Origin: Patescibacteria group bacterium
GTDB lineage: Bacteria > Patescibacteriota > Patescibacteriia > UBA10025 > JAHIVO01
Direction of reading: 5' to 3'
Assembly (NCBI GenBank): GCA_041650915.1
Contig: JBAZKE010000001.1
Location: 611,097 to 675,096 of the forward strand
Length of the DNA: 64,000 bases
Shown here: positions 38,426 through 48,560 of the stretch, one piece after another
How positions within the stretch are numbered: position 1 is the stretch's first letter
Layout of the letters: the number at the start of each line of letters is the position of its first letter
Position numbers and translations under genes: made by a program
Notes under the pieces: model-generated
Database searches by the model: none
Told to the model about the DNA's origin: nothing
The model's input: only the letters and a program-made list of their open reading frames with translations

Positions 38426-39994
38426 GTGTTCAATTTCATCAAAAAACGGAGAGAAAAAATCACCATCAATCACACAAAACGGATCGTCATCGAGGTATTT
38501 GTAATTGCGTGTTTTTTTGTCATACTCGGCCTAATCAATAAAAATTTCCTCCTCTTTTCTAGCAGCGTTCATTTTACTTATTCGTATCCGGAAAATCAGC
38601 TGATCATTACACCTCTCACCCCAGTGAATAATGAAGGTTTGATTGGCCAATCGGATGCACTGCAATACCAAGTTAACAAACAAATGCTTGCGAGTGAGAC
38701 TACAAATTTCAGTGTGCAATTGCCGGAACCAATGGGCAATAATTTTTCAGAAGCGGTCATTACTGTGCAGTATAATCCACAGAATGAATCCGAAGCGCTC
38801 CTTGGAATTAAAAATGCGTCGACTGGAGATTTTGATTATAAGCCGATTTATAATCGGATACTCGAAGAACTCTCGTGGAATTCAGTCACAAACGGCACGA
38901 CCACACTTTTCCAAAAAAACCAATCTATTGCCACTTATGAAAACTTTATTGATAACCCGCCGCAAGTTTTGAAGAATGAAATCAATAATGGCGACCAGAC
39001 AACAACATCATTTCAGGCATCAGGAGCACAGTACTACTCTATTTTTGATCAATCACAGATTGTTGACAAACAATTGCAGAATTATTACTCACGAGCGACA
39101 ACTACTTCCACTCCTTTCATCGAAGGCGGCATGCGTGCCTACACTTATGTCCAATCTGAATCAACGCTGGAAATCACTGTAGATAAAATCGATAATAATT
39201 ATTATGACGGCGCTGACCCATTAGAAATCATTGTTTATGACGCCACAGGGAATGAAAAACTGCACGTGAGTTTGAAAGATGATGGTAATATCACAAATAA
39301 TACCCAGAATGGCTTGTTGCAATCGCGCTTGATTCCAATCAACGGCGCGCACGGATTGTATACTATCGTGCTGATCGGAATGGACACCTACAGCAGGCTC
39401 GCGACGAATCAGCCATTGTTGGTAGTCGAAGATAGCCTGATGATTGATGAATCTTTTTTAGAAATACAAAATGATCCGTTTACGCTTTTTACCGAAGCAT
39501 ACAACGTCATATTTCCTACCTGGCATTTCCCCGCAACTAACCAAACAGTAATCATTAATGGTTCGCGGGAGTTTATCCTCGATGACACACGTTCAGAAGT
39601 CAAATCGGTTTCACTGCATCTTGGGCAGCCGGAACATACGTTAAACTCTATTACGCTCAATAAAAACCATGTGAGCATAAAAACCGCGGATACTCCCGTA
39701 AAACGATTTTTCTCTTTTTCAAAAGATTCATACTTTAATCCCTCCCCGGTTACACTGACGGCTTTTAATGCTGAGAGTGACCTTGCTGACGACTCACCGA
39801 TTGAATATATTCTCACTGACTATCAGCTGACCCAGATGAAAAACGGCTCCATGGTCACTACGCTTACGTTCGATTTGGATAGCAATTCCTACTTTGATGA
39901 TCGCACAATTCAATTTGCGCTCAAAATTCCAGATTTTCATAAAACAAAAAATAATTTTGAGATTCACTCAATTGATATTGAACTGCAGCGGTAA
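38426..39994 (+). CDS. N-terminally membrane-anchored large extracellular protein (P2, 522 aa), paralog of the 15633..17174 product
   Basis: GTG start (no in-frame ATG before the TM); TM IVIEVFVIACFFVILGLI; shared blocks with P1 (see that feature). Convergent with and adjacent to the GT-C-like gene 39997..41538. Confidence 0.5.
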   Translation: MFNFIKKRREKITINHTKRIVIEVFVIACFFVILGLINKNFLLFSSSVHFTYSYPENQLIITPLTPVNNEGLIGQSDALQYQVNKQMLASETTNFSVQLPEPMGNNFSEAVITVQYNPQNESEALLGIKNASTGDFDYKPIYNRILEELSWNSVTNGTTTLFQKNQSIATYENFIDNPPQVLKNEINNGDQTTTSFQASGAQYYSIFDQSQIVDKQLQNYYSRATTTSTPFIEGGMRAYTYVQSESTLEITVDKIDNNYYDGADPLEIIVYDATGNEKLHVSLKDDGNITNNTQNGLLQSRLIPINGAHGLYTIVLIGMDTYSRLATNQPLLVVEDSLMIDESFLEIQNDPFTLFTEAYNVIFPTWHFPATNQTVIINGSREFILDDTRSEVKSVSLHLGQPEHTLNSITLNKNHVSIKTADTPVKRFFSFSKDSYFNPSPVTLTAFNAESDLADDSPIEYILTDYQLTQMKNGSMVTTLTFDLDSNSYFDDRTIQFALKIPDFHKTKNNFEIHSIDIELQR

Positions 39995-39996
39995 TC

Positions 39997-41538
39997 TTAC
40001 TGCGTGCTGAGCAGAATAAATCGATTATCCTGGTTCAGCTTCCGAAAATGTGAAATCAAATACTCGGTCAAATCCCCATCCCCCTCTTCCGGGGGATTTT
40101 TCAGTAAAAAATGCGTAATGCCATATTGCTCAATAGTACTGTAAATGGTTTCCGGGTTTGTATAAGCTAATTTAATATCGTAATAACCTTGGGCCTGAAC
40201 AGCAGTTTGTGTAAAACTTGCATGTTGTGGCCTGACGCCGACGACATTGAGGCCGGTAAGGCCGGAAAAAATGTGGGACTCAATTGCATCGGTAAACACC
40301 ACACTTCGTGCTGGCAAGTTTTTTACTATCCCAAAATCAATAGCGGAACCCCCGTAGTAAGACTGATCATATGTATACGGCTCCCAATCATGGAACACCA
40401 TCATTTTTTCCGAAGTATAAGCCGAGCCGATCGTTAATAAACTTACAATGATTACCGAAACGGTGCGCCAGTGCAGCCGCTGTAAAAAGACAGCCCACCC
40501 CACTGCACCTGAGAAAACAAGCAACGGGAAAAACCTCCAATAAAACCGGACGCTATTGGGATTGAGGCCTGATAAAATAATTACAGTTGCGACAATAAAG
40601 AGGATGAAAAAAAATAAATACCTTTTTTTACGGATCAGCATAAAGAACCCGAGTAAACTAAAGCCCGCTAATGATATCCACGCTCTTAGCAATGTTCCGC
40701 GATCAATATCGGAAATATTTTCTATAGTCGGATTTGTTTGTGTAATAGCCGCGCCCTGTTTTTCAAAAAAACTTACTTGGCTATAGAGCGGCCAAATAAA
40801 ATTAATGACGACAACAATGATTGGAACAAGGGCAAGCGTAATTGCCTTCCTTCGTGGATACCGCTTCTGAAAAAAAGAAACTAGCACGTATGTAGCTATA
40901 GCAACGAAAAGGAAAACACCCGATAAAATGTGAGAGTTCCAAACGATATAGCTCAAGAACAGAACGGAAATGTAATTGCTGCGGGTATATTTTTCTATTC
41001 TTAAATATCGGTTCATAAACGCCAGTACAAGTAAAGTGCATCCTAATGCAAAAAAATGAACAAACGGGCCCATCCATAGTATCTCGTTCAAGGAAAACAT
41101 GCCTGCCGCTACATTTTTACTCGCACCCCACAAAAAAATTAATAGTATAGGGAAAATAAAAGCGGTACGGCGCGAATAAAAAAATTCACGTGCAAAAATG
41201 GTCGCAGCAAATAAAAAAAATACGACATTAACAATTCCAAAAAAAAGATACGTATTAATGGTCGAGATGTTTAAAATTTTTGATACAATCGCGACTGCTG
41301 CAAGATATGACCCACCTCTTGGATCCCTGATTCCATCGGGGTAAAAAGGCGCATTGATATCGGAAAAAGTATCTGCCTTTAATTCATTCACGATCGCTAA
41401 ATGGGTCCACAGATCGGTATTGCTCTTCTGGGGGTACAGATCGATATAAAATGAATAAACACATACAACAATGGCAAGTAGGATTAAAGCCACGTATCCA
41501 ATTTGCCTCGGTTTTAGCACAATGCTAATCACATTCAA
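39997..41538 (-). CDS. Large polytopic membrane protein, GT-C-like glycosyltransferase candidate (M2)
   Basis: 513 aa, at least 11 TM. First loop motif FYPDGIRDPRGGSY parallels the M1 loop YDEPLNDAAGG. TTG start at 41538 (an in-frame GTG lies 6 nt downstream); N-terminus uncertain. Confidence 0.45.
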   Translation of the reverse strand: MNVISIVLKPRQIGYVALILLAIVVCVYSFYIDLYPQKSNTDLWTHLAIVNELKADTFSDINAPFYPDGIRDPRGGSYLAAVAIVSKILNISTINTYLFFGIVNVVFFLFAATIFAREFFYSRRTAFIFPILLIFLWGASKNVAAGMFSLNEILWMGPFVHFFALGCTLLVLAFMNRYLRIEKYTRSNYISVLFLSYIVWNSHILSGVFLFVAIATYVLVSFFQKRYPRRKAITLALVPIIVVVINFIWPLYSQVSFFEKQGAAITQTNPTIENISDIDRGTLLRAWISLAGFSLLGFFMLIRKKRYLFFFILFIVATVIILSGLNPNSVRFYWRFFPLLVFSGAVGWAVFLQRLHWRTVSVIIVSLLTIGSAYTSEKMMVFHDWEPYTYDQSYYGGSAIDFGIVKNLPARSVVFTDAIESHIFSGLTGLNVVGVRPQHASFTQTAVQAQGYYDIKLAYTNPETIYSTIEQYGITHFLLKNPPEEGDGDLTEYLISHFRKLNQDNRFILLSTQ

Positions 41539-41763
41539 ACATCCGGTAATCTTTAATAATACGATAATTATACACTAATTTTATTGGCATATCTATGCTT
41601 GAAAATAATCGAGGAAATAGGTACAATTGCAACCACCTATTGCATCTGCTGGAACAGACCTATACGACAAAAAATAATCGGCTTCTAAGTATTTAAAACT
41701 TCTGGAATGCCTTTCATTCGTAAATCGACTAAATTTTCGATTTTGTAAAAAATACTATTCACA

Positions 41764-43113
41764 ATGGACCCAGAAAATAATCAAAATATTCAAGCATCTT
41801 TTTTACAGGATTTTAGTTTTCAAAATTTGAAAAATACTTTTTTCTCGAAAACAGGAAAAGATGCCAGCAAACTGTTCATATCAAATATTGTCGCAACGGG
41901 CATTGGACTCGCTGCAAGCTTGATAACCCTGAAAATTTTCAATGTCAATGAAATCGGCATCCTTGCATCAACCAATAATTTAGTCGGCATCGTAGCCGGA
42001 ATAATACTATCCGGCATTAATATAAGTTTTGTGAGGTATTTGAGCGATTATCTGAAAAAGGATAAGGCTATCGCCAGCGCGCTTACAAAACAAATTCTCA
42101 AAATCGAATTTATTTTTGCCATCTCGGCTTTCATTGTTATTTTTTTCTCTTCATCATTTTTAGCCAACGAAGTTTTTCATAAGAGTGACTTAGATTTTTT
42201 CATCAAATTAGCTGCGATCAATATCTTTCTGAGCATTGCTATTTCTTTTTATAAAACATATTTCCAGGCCTTAGAAAAATTTTCATTTATTTCATTATCA
42301 ATCATCATTCCGGCAATACTCAACATATCGTGTATTGGATTTTTGGCGTATTTGAATGCACTGACGCCAGAAAGTGTCCTCTACATTTCCATAGGGATCA
42401 CCGGTCTTTTTCTGTTCATATCACTATGGTATTACCAAAAAAATAAAATCCAAACTGAAACCGAAAAAAAATTGCCAAATGAATTTTTAAAAAAGTTTTT
42501 GCACTATAGCAAATGGGTAGTTTTAATGGCAGTAACCTCATTGATTTTTTCAAGAATTGATATATTTATGCTCACCTCCATGGTGGATTTAGGGCAAGTC
42601 GCGCTCTACTCTTTTGCATTCACCATATACAGCACGTATCTCATCGTATTAAATACTATTAATACGGTATTGTTGCCAAAAATTTCTTCTTTCCAAACTT
42701 ACCTGGAATTGCGAATAGCAGCCAAAAAAATATTCAAATTTTCAATATTGATCGCAATCATCATTCTCCCCACAATATTTTTTATCAGGCCATTAACCCA
42801 GTTTATTTTCCAAAATAAATTTGACGGGTCCATGCCGGTTATATACGTTTTTTTCTTAAGCCTGCTTATAAGTATCATAGTAAACCCAATTGTCAACATT
42901 CTGTTAGTCATTAAGCGGCAAAAATTTTTAAGCCTATTGACGTTCGCCATACTCATCTTGAATGTCATTGGCAACCTAATCTTTATACCCCGGTATGGAA
43001 TCATAGGAGCCGTCTGGGTAACGGCTTGTACCCATATTTTTTCAAATGTCATTGCAGGAATTAAGGTAATGCTAGAACTAAAAAATAAATATAAAACGTC
43101 AGATACCATTTAA
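41764..43113 (+). CDS. wzx: Wzx-type polysaccharide flippase (MOP superfamily, Polysacc_synt family)
   Basis: 449 aa, about 12-14 TM; N-terminal conserved region (LFISNIVATGIGLAASLITLKIFNVNEIGILASTNNLVGIVAGIILSGIN). Confidence 0.7.
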   Translation: MDPENNQNIQASFLQDFSFQNLKNTFFSKTGKDASKLFISNIVATGIGLAASLITLKIFNVNEIGILASTNNLVGIVAGIILSGINISFVRYLSDYLKKDKAIASALTKQILKIEFIFAISAFIVIFFSSSFLANEVFHKSDLDFFIKLAAINIFLSIAISFYKTYFQALEKFSFISLSIIIPAILNISCIGFLAYLNALTPESVLYISIGITGLFLFISLWYYQKNKIQTETEKKLPNEFLKKFLHYSKWVVLMAVTSLIFSRIDIFMLTSMVDLGQVALYSFAFTIYSTYLIVLNTINTVLLPKISSFQTYLELRIAAKKIFKFSILIAIIILPTIFFIRPLTQFIFQNKFDGSMPVIYVFFLSLLISIIVNPIVNILLVIKRQKFLSLLTFAILILNVIGNLIFIPRYGIIGAVWVTACTHIFSNVIAGIKVMLELKNKYKTSDTI

Positions 43114-43123
43114 TCATAAATCG

Positions 43124-43990
43124 ATGATGCCGGACGTTAGCATAGTAATTCCCACATTCAACAGGCCTGGTGCATTGCAATCAGCCGTCAAGAGCGTTTT
43201 GGATCAAACGTACCAGGATTTCGAAATAATCGTCATTGATGATGGGTCTTCATGTGATACCTCGTTTATCGCAAAGTTAGACCACAGAATTGCATTATTG
43301 AAACAACGCCATCAAGGTGCCGGCAGTGCAAAAAATGCCGGGATTAAACTTTCACAAGGAAAATACATTGCTTTTCTTGACGATGATGATACTTTTTTAA
43401 AAAATAAACTTGAATTTCAAATCAGTATCATGGAAAGCAATCCTGGCATGATGATGTCTCATACCTCGTATATAAAAAATGATGAGCGGCAACATAAAAC
43501 GATTGTCAATTCTGGATATTTTTCGGGAAAAGTATACCCAAAAATTTTACTCAATTGTCCGATTGCGACTCCCACGGTTATGGTGAATAGCAAAATTTTT
43601 CAAAATTTCACTTTAAAATTTCCAGAACAATCCATTGCTGAAGACCTGCTTTTGTGGACTAAAATTTCCAGATACCATGATATATTCGGCATTGATAAAG
43701 CGTTATCGGTTGTCAACGTATCGAGCCAGAGCGCATCAGAAAACCTAAAGAAAAAAATCATTGCGTGCGATTTGAAACTGGATTACATTAAGAATGAAGA
43801 TCCTTCATTATTGAAAATGAACCGAAAAATCAATTCAAGTAAAAAATCGCTCATGGGTTTGTTGCATTCGCAAAAACATTTAACCATGAAAGGATTGAAG
43901 GAATTCTCCATCGCGTTTCTTCTGGATCCGGCAAATATCGGCAATTACTACGCAATTAATTCAGTATTAAAAAAGCGTCCACCGCGATGA
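43124..43990 (+). CDS. Glycosyltransferase family 2
   Basis: VSIVIPTFNRPGALQSAVKSVLDQTYQDFEIIVIDDGSS...AFLDDDD (GT-A D.D). Confidence 0.8.
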   Translation: MMPDVSIVIPTFNRPGALQSAVKSVLDQTYQDFEIIVIDDGSSCDTSFIAKLDHRIALLKQRHQGAGSAKNAGIKLSQGKYIAFLDDDDTFLKNKLEFQISIMESNPGMMMSHTSYIKNDERQHKTIVNSGYFSGKVYPKILLNCPIATPTVMVNSKIFQNFTLKFPEQSIAEDLLLWTKISRYHDIFGIDKALSVVNVSSQSASENLKKKIIACDLKLDYIKNEDPSLLKMNRKINSSKKSLMGLLHSQKHLTMKGLKEFSIAFLLDPANIGNYYAINSVLKKRPPR

Positions 43991-45270
43991 TTGAAACAAA
44001 AAACAAAGCTCTCATACTATCTACCTACGCCCCACCGATGATGGGCGGCCCTATGATTTTATATAACCTCTTTTCCCAATTTTCTGGGAATTCGTATTCC
44101 ATTTTGACCGGATATTCAGCAATCAAATCCCAGCCTCACGACAATAAGTATTGGCTCAATTGTGATTACTATTTTTATGATGCTCCAGATAAAACAAAAT
44201 TGGACATGATTAATGGTGATAACGCACACAAAAAAGCAGGAGTGAACACACAAAAAGTAAATGCCCAGTGGTGGAAGCGCATTACATATTTTATTACGAA
44301 AATACTATATTTCAAGCGAATTGATATGCTCGTCAACATGCTGATGCAGTTGGTGATAATCGTACGGCGAGGAATTACCATTGTCAAAAAAAATGGTATT
44401 GAAGTGCTGATCGGGATTTCCGGTGATGGGCTTGCACTCATAGCGGCTTACGTGATCCATAAAATTACCAAAAAAAAATATATTTTATACTTGTTTGATC
44501 TCTATAGGGGAAATAACTTCTCCCCTTCAATAAAATGGTTGGCAAGAATAGTTGAACCGACGCTGGTACGAAGCGCTTCAAAAATAATTGTGACAAACTC
44601 CGGCACAAAAGATCTGTACAATAAAAGGTACGGCAACGTGCCCATTGAAATAATATACAACGCAATTTTTTCAGAGAAGTATGCAAATCTGAATAATGAT
44701 TACTCCCCGAGCGAACCGTATACTATTATATTCACTGGAAATATTTATTGGGCGCAGGAACAAAGCATCGTTAATCTCATCAAGGCGATTGGGCAAATTA
44801 ATCAGATAAAGGTGAACCTACAGTTATATTTGCCAAAGTGCCCCGATAGCATAAAAAACTTGGTAGAAAATAACGAGCGCGTATCCATATCGAAAGCATC
44901 ACCGGAAGAAATACCTGCCATACAAAACAAGGCTGACCTACTTTTCCTTCCCTTAGCATGGGACACGAAGGCGCCTGAGATAATTCAAACGGCGACACCT
45001 GGTAAATTCACCGATTACTTAATCGCAGGTCGGCCGATGCTGGTTCATGCGCCTGAGTACGCATATGTTTCGCAATATGCAAAGAAATTTAAATTAGGGC
45101 TTGTTGTTGACCACAATGACATCTCCATCCTGGCGCAAGCAATTACAGATTTTTTCATGCATCCCCATGGCGGCACCGAGTATATAACTAATGCAAAAAA
45201 AATATTTTTCAAAAATCATGATGTTTATAAAAATGCCCAAAACCTGGCTAGTATTATAAATAAATCATGA
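43987..45270 (+). CDS. Divergent GT-B-fold glycosyltransferase (GT4-like)
   Basis: 427 aa. N-terminal LILSTYAPPMMGGPMILYNL and C-terminal FTGNIYWAQE...DLLFLPLAW...KFTDYLIAGRPMLVHAPE resemble a GT-B topology. Contains an A9 tract (44470-44478). Confidence 0.5.
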   Translation: MIETKNKALILSTYAPPMMGGPMILYNLFSQFSGNSYSILTGYSAIKSQPHDNKYWLNCDYYFYDAPDKTKLDMINGDNAHKKAGVNTQKVNAQWWKRITYFITKILYFKRIDMLVNMLMQLVIIVRRGITIVKKNGIEVLIGISGDGLALIAAYVIHKITKKKYILYLFDLYRGNNFSPSIKWLARIVEPTLVRSASKIIVTNSGTKDLYNKRYGNVPIEIIYNAIFSEKYANLNNDYSPSEPYTIIFTGNIYWAQEQSIVNLIKAIGQINQIKVNLQLYLPKCPDSIKNLVENNERVSISKASPEEIPAIQNKADLLFLPLAWDTKAPEIIQTATPGKFTDYLIAGRPMLVHAPEYAYVSQYAKKFKLGLVVDHNDISILAQAITDFFMHPHGGTEYITNAKKIFFKNHDVYKNAQNLASIINKS

Positions 45271-45290
45271 AAAAATACACCACCGAGTCC

Positions 45291-45332
45291 ATGCCTACAG
45301 GCTATTGATTGCAGGCATCAATATGCTATAAT
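45291..45332 (+). promoter_or_regulatory. Imperfect hairpin ATGCCTACA(45291-45299)/TGCAGGCAT(45310-45318) followed by extended -10 TGcTATAAT (45324-45332) upstream of the epimerase/dehydratase/reductase operon
   Basis: Read directly. 9-bp stem with one A.C mismatch and a 10-nt loop, no T-tract; TGnTATAAT lies 38 nt upstream of ATG 45370. Confidence 0.4.
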
Positions 45333-45369
45333 GCAGCACATACTGATACTAATTGCATAAGTCTTTTTT

Positions 45370-46461
45370 ATGAAAATTGTAACAATTTTAGGCACTCGAC
45401 CGGAAATCATCAGGCTCAGTTTGATCATCAAAAAGCTTGATTCAATATGCGACCATACGGTCATCCATACCGGGCAAAACTATTCGGTGGACCTGAAGGA
45501 CATTTTTTTTGAAGAACTAGCACTTCGCCAGCCCGACTACTACCTGTCGGCCGATAGCTCTTCAATCGGGCTCCAGCTCGCGACGATATTTGAAAAAACA
45601 TACGAAATTTTAAAAAAAATCAGACCTGATAAAGTTCTCATACTCGGGGATACCAACAGCGGCTTGGCCGCAGTCATCGCAGAAAAAATGCTCATACCTG
45701 TGTACCATATGGAGGCGGGAAACAGGTGCTACGACCCGCTCGTGCCTGAAGAAAAAAACAGGAGGGTCATTGATGCGGTTTCAACATTCAATCTCCCCTA
45801 CACCCCGCGGAGCCGAGAAAATTTGCTGCGCGAAGGTTTTCCTGCCCAGCGCATCATGGCGTCTGGAAACCCGATTAATGAAGTGTTGCTCCACTATAAA
45901 AATCCGATTGAAAAAAGCAGTATTTTGAAAAAGCTTCATCTCGCAAAGAATAAATACTTCATCGTAACGGCGCACCGCGCAGAAAATGTCGACAATAAGA
46001 CGAGGCTCACTCATATTTTTTCAGGATTGGATTTAGTCGCAAAAAACTTCAAACTACCGGTCATCTGCAGCATCCATCCGCGCACGAACGAAAAAATGAA
46101 GAAATTTAAAATCAGGCCAAAGTCAAAGCTCGTCAGCATACATAAACCGTTTGGCTTTTTCGATTTCGTTAAACTGGAAAAAAACGCCCTGTGCGCAATA
46201 TCCGATAGCGGTACGGTACAGGAAGAATGCTGCATTTTTAAAGTACCAACGGTTACCATACGCAGGACGACTGAACGCCCAGAGACGGTTGAGTGCGGCA
46301 GTAATATTCTCGCGGGATTGGATAAAACACAGATTCTTGCAAAGGCAAAATATATTCTCGGGAAGCGCAATGATTGGGCCTGCCCCATCGGATATCTCGA
46401 TACTGACGTTTCCGGCAGAGTCATTAACTTTTTACTGACACACAAAGAAAATTTACTGTAG
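45370..46461 (+). CDS. UDP-N-acetylglucosamine 2-epimerase family (FnlC/WbjD/Cap5G-like)
   Basis: ILGTRPEIIRLSLII, HTGQNY, ILGDTNSGLAAVIAEKMLIPVYHMEAGNRCYD, EEKNRRVIDAVS are Epimerase_2 motifs. Confidence 0.85.
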   Translation: MKIVTILGTRPEIIRLSLIIKKLDSICDHTVIHTGQNYSVDLKDIFFEELALRQPDYYLSADSSSIGLQLATIFEKTYEILKKIRPDKVLILGDTNSGLAAVIAEKMLIPVYHMEAGNRCYDPLVPEEKNRRVIDAVSTFNLPYTPRSRENLLREGFPAQRIMASGNPINEVLLHYKNPIEKSSILKKLHLAKNKYFIVTAHRAENVDNKTRLTHIFSGLDLVAKNFKLPVICSIHPRTNEKMKKFKIRPKSKLVSIHKPFGFFDFVKLEKNALCAISDSGTVQEECCIFKVPTVTIRRTTERPETVECGSNILAGLDKTQILAKAKYILGKRNDWACPIGYLDTDVSGRVINFLLTHKENLL

Positions 46462-46468
46462 TTATTTT

Positions 46469-47452
46469 ATGTTTAAAAACAGAAAAATATTCATCAGTGG
46501 CGGAACGGGCTCGTGGGGAAATGAATTGGTAGCGCAGTTGCTGCAAAAAGGGCCACAACAGATTATCATCTACTCCCGGAGCGAATTGCACCAGGTGAAC
46601 ATGCAGAGGAAATTCAGCAATCCCAAGCTCCGTTTTATCATCGGTGATGTCCGTGATCGGGACCGGCTCATTGAGGCGACGAAAGGCGTCGATTATATCT
46701 TTCACCTTGCTGCCCTCAAGCACGTTCCTGTTTGCGAAGAACAGCCCTACGAAGCCATCAAGACAAACATTGTGGGCACAAAAAACATCATCGAAGCAGC
46801 AAAAATAAATAACGTCAAAAAGGTAATCGACGTATCGTCTGATAAAGCCGTTGACCCTCTGAACCTTTACGGCATGACCAAGGCAATCGGAGAACGCCTG
46901 ATGATACAGGCGAACCTCGAGCCAAGCAATACCGTTTTTGTTTGTATCCGCGGCGGAAATGTCCTCGGTACGAATGGAAGCGTCGTGCCATATTTCATCA
47001 GCCAGATCAAAAATAACGGTGTTATCAACCTGACCGACAAGCGCATGACCCGGTATTTTTTGACACTGCAGCAAGCAATCGGCTTACTGTTCAAAGTAAG
47101 CGAGGCCAGTTTTGGCGGTGAAACGTTCGTTATGAAAATGCCAGGTTGTAAAATCGAAGAGCTCGCCATGGTCATCGCTGATGCTATTTCAGACAAGGAG
47201 ATACCGATCAAAGAAATCGGGGCACGCCCAGGAGAAAAAATCGATGAAGTTCTCGTTTCTCGTTATGAAGCTCCGCGGACCCACCAGTTCGATGATAATT
47301 ATTTCGTTATTCTGCCGGAATTGAAATTGGACAATTTGGACGAAAAATACCACCATTTGCCAAAAGTTGAATTTTCCGAGTACTCCTCGAAGGATAGCCT
47401 CATGGACAAAAAACAAATCAAAAAAATGCTTGAGGACGGTAAATTTATCTAA
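46469..47452 (+). CDS. Polysaccharide biosynthesis protein CapD-type extended SDR: UDP-GlcNAc 4,6-dehydratase(/5-epimerase), FnlA/WbjB/Cap5E/PseB-like
   Basis: IFISGGTGSWGNELVAQLL, YIFHLAALKHVPVCEEQPYEAIKTNIVGTKNIIEAA, YGMTKAIGERL (Y...K). Confidence 0.8.
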   Translation: MFKNRKIFISGGTGSWGNELVAQLLQKGPQQIIIYSRSELHQVNMQRKFSNPKLRFIIGDVRDRDRLIEATKGVDYIFHLAALKHVPVCEEQPYEAIKTNIVGTKNIIEAAKINNVKKVIDVSSDKAVDPLNLYGMTKAIGERLMIQANLEPSNTVFVCIRGGNVLGTNGSVVPYFISQIKNNGVINLTDKRMTRYFLTLQQAIGLLFKVSEASFGGETFVMKMPGCKIEELAMVIADAISDKEIPIKEIGARPGEKIDEVLVSRYEAPRTHQFDDNYFVILPELKLDNLDEKYHHLPKVEFSEYSSKDSLMDKKQIKKMLEDGKFI

Positions 47453-47455
47453 TGT

Positions 47456-48343
47456 ATGAAAACAGTCGCAATCCTCGGGCCGACAGGAATGCTTGGAAAC
47501 GGTGTTTTTTGCCAATTGAGGAATAAATATAAACTCATCTTAGCGCTTCGAGACCAAAAAAAAATTACGCTTCTCGAAAATCGATACGGCCCATGCGAAA
47601 ACTGTAAACTGATTCCGTTCGACTCGCAAGCTCTCTATAGTGACTATGCACAAGGATTTCATGACCACCATGCTTCGCCGAGCCTATCAAAATTCATCAA
47701 CGATATAGGTGACGTAAATGCGGTCATAAACTGCATAGGAATCACCAACCGATACAGCAACGACCATCCACTGGACGCTTTTTTTATCAATAGCGCATTT
47801 CCGCATATACTGAGCAATGTCTATGGCAGAAAATTAATACACATCACTACCGATTGCGTCTTTAGCGGCAAACAGGGAGCTCCCTATGACGAAAATGCCG
47901 TTCCCTCGCCAAATGACCTCTATGGCCTGTCTAAGAGCCTCGGTGAGCCTTCCCAGCGCTCACTCGTGCTCAGAACTTCGATTATCGGCCATGAAGTAAG
48001 CGGATTCGTTTCTCTCATCGAATGGTTCAAAAAACAGGAAGGAAAAACTGTCCAAGGATATACAACGCATTTATGGAACGGGATCACGACGATAGAATTC
48101 GGAAATATTTGCGATAAAATTATCAGCAACAGAGACGAATATCCGAGCAATGGGTTATTCCATATTTTTTCCACCGACGTAACGAAGTATGAAATGCTGC
48201 AAGCTTTCAAGAAAAAATATAGTGTTAACGTTACCATCCAGCCTGAGGAACCAGACGTTGTCGACAGAAGGCTGAGTACCGTTTTTGAACTATGCGGCAA
48301 ACTTAAAATCCCTTCATTCCAAAAAATGCTGGATGCACTTTAA
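47456..48343 (+). CDS. RmlD-like NAD(P)-dependent sugar-nucleotide reductase (FnlB/WbjC/Cap5F-like candidate)
   Basis: VAILGPTGMLGNGVF Rossmann loop, YGLSKSLGE (Y...K); 295 aa. Confidence 0.6.
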   Translation: MKTVAILGPTGMLGNGVFCQLRNKYKLILALRDQKKITLLENRYGPCENCKLIPFDSQALYSDYAQGFHDHHASPSLSKFINDIGDVNAVINCIGITNRYSNDHPLDAFFINSAFPHILSNVYGRKLIHITTDCVFSGKQGAPYDENAVPSPNDLYGLSKSLGEPSQRSLVLRTSIIGHEVSGFVSLIEWFKKQEGKTVQGYTTHLWNGITTIEFGNICDKIISNRDEYPSNGLFHIFSTDVTKYEMLQAFKKKYSVNVTIQPEEPDVVDRRLSTVFELCGKLKIPSFQKMLDAL

Positions 48344-48560
48344 TTCTATTATAAAAGTAAAGAAGCCTTGCTGATCCAAGATTGATGGTGGAGTAACAAC
48401 TTATTAACAGTATCCAGATAAATTTCAGTGCCGGATTAATAACTTAGATTGTCTCAATATATCACCTAACAACTTGCTAGCTTAAAACTATACTTATAGT
48501 TACAGGCAAACTCTTGCTTGTTTTTTAATCATTAAAATACTAGCCGTACCCCTTGCAAAA

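Noticed and set aside
41723-41742. Inverted repeat AAATCGA...TCGATTT (7-bp arms, 8-nt spacer) upstream of the first wzx gene
   Set aside because: Short arms in an AT-rich region are expected by chance; it is recorded here only because of its position about 20 nt upstream of the start codon.
48344-48560. A 217-nt convergent intergenic region examined for a tRNA, small RNA or intrinsic terminator
   Set aside because: No T-loop (GTTCGA) or acceptor-stem features were seen. Only a weak AT-rich 6-bp hairpin (AACTAT/ATAGTT) without a U-tract is present; not reportable.
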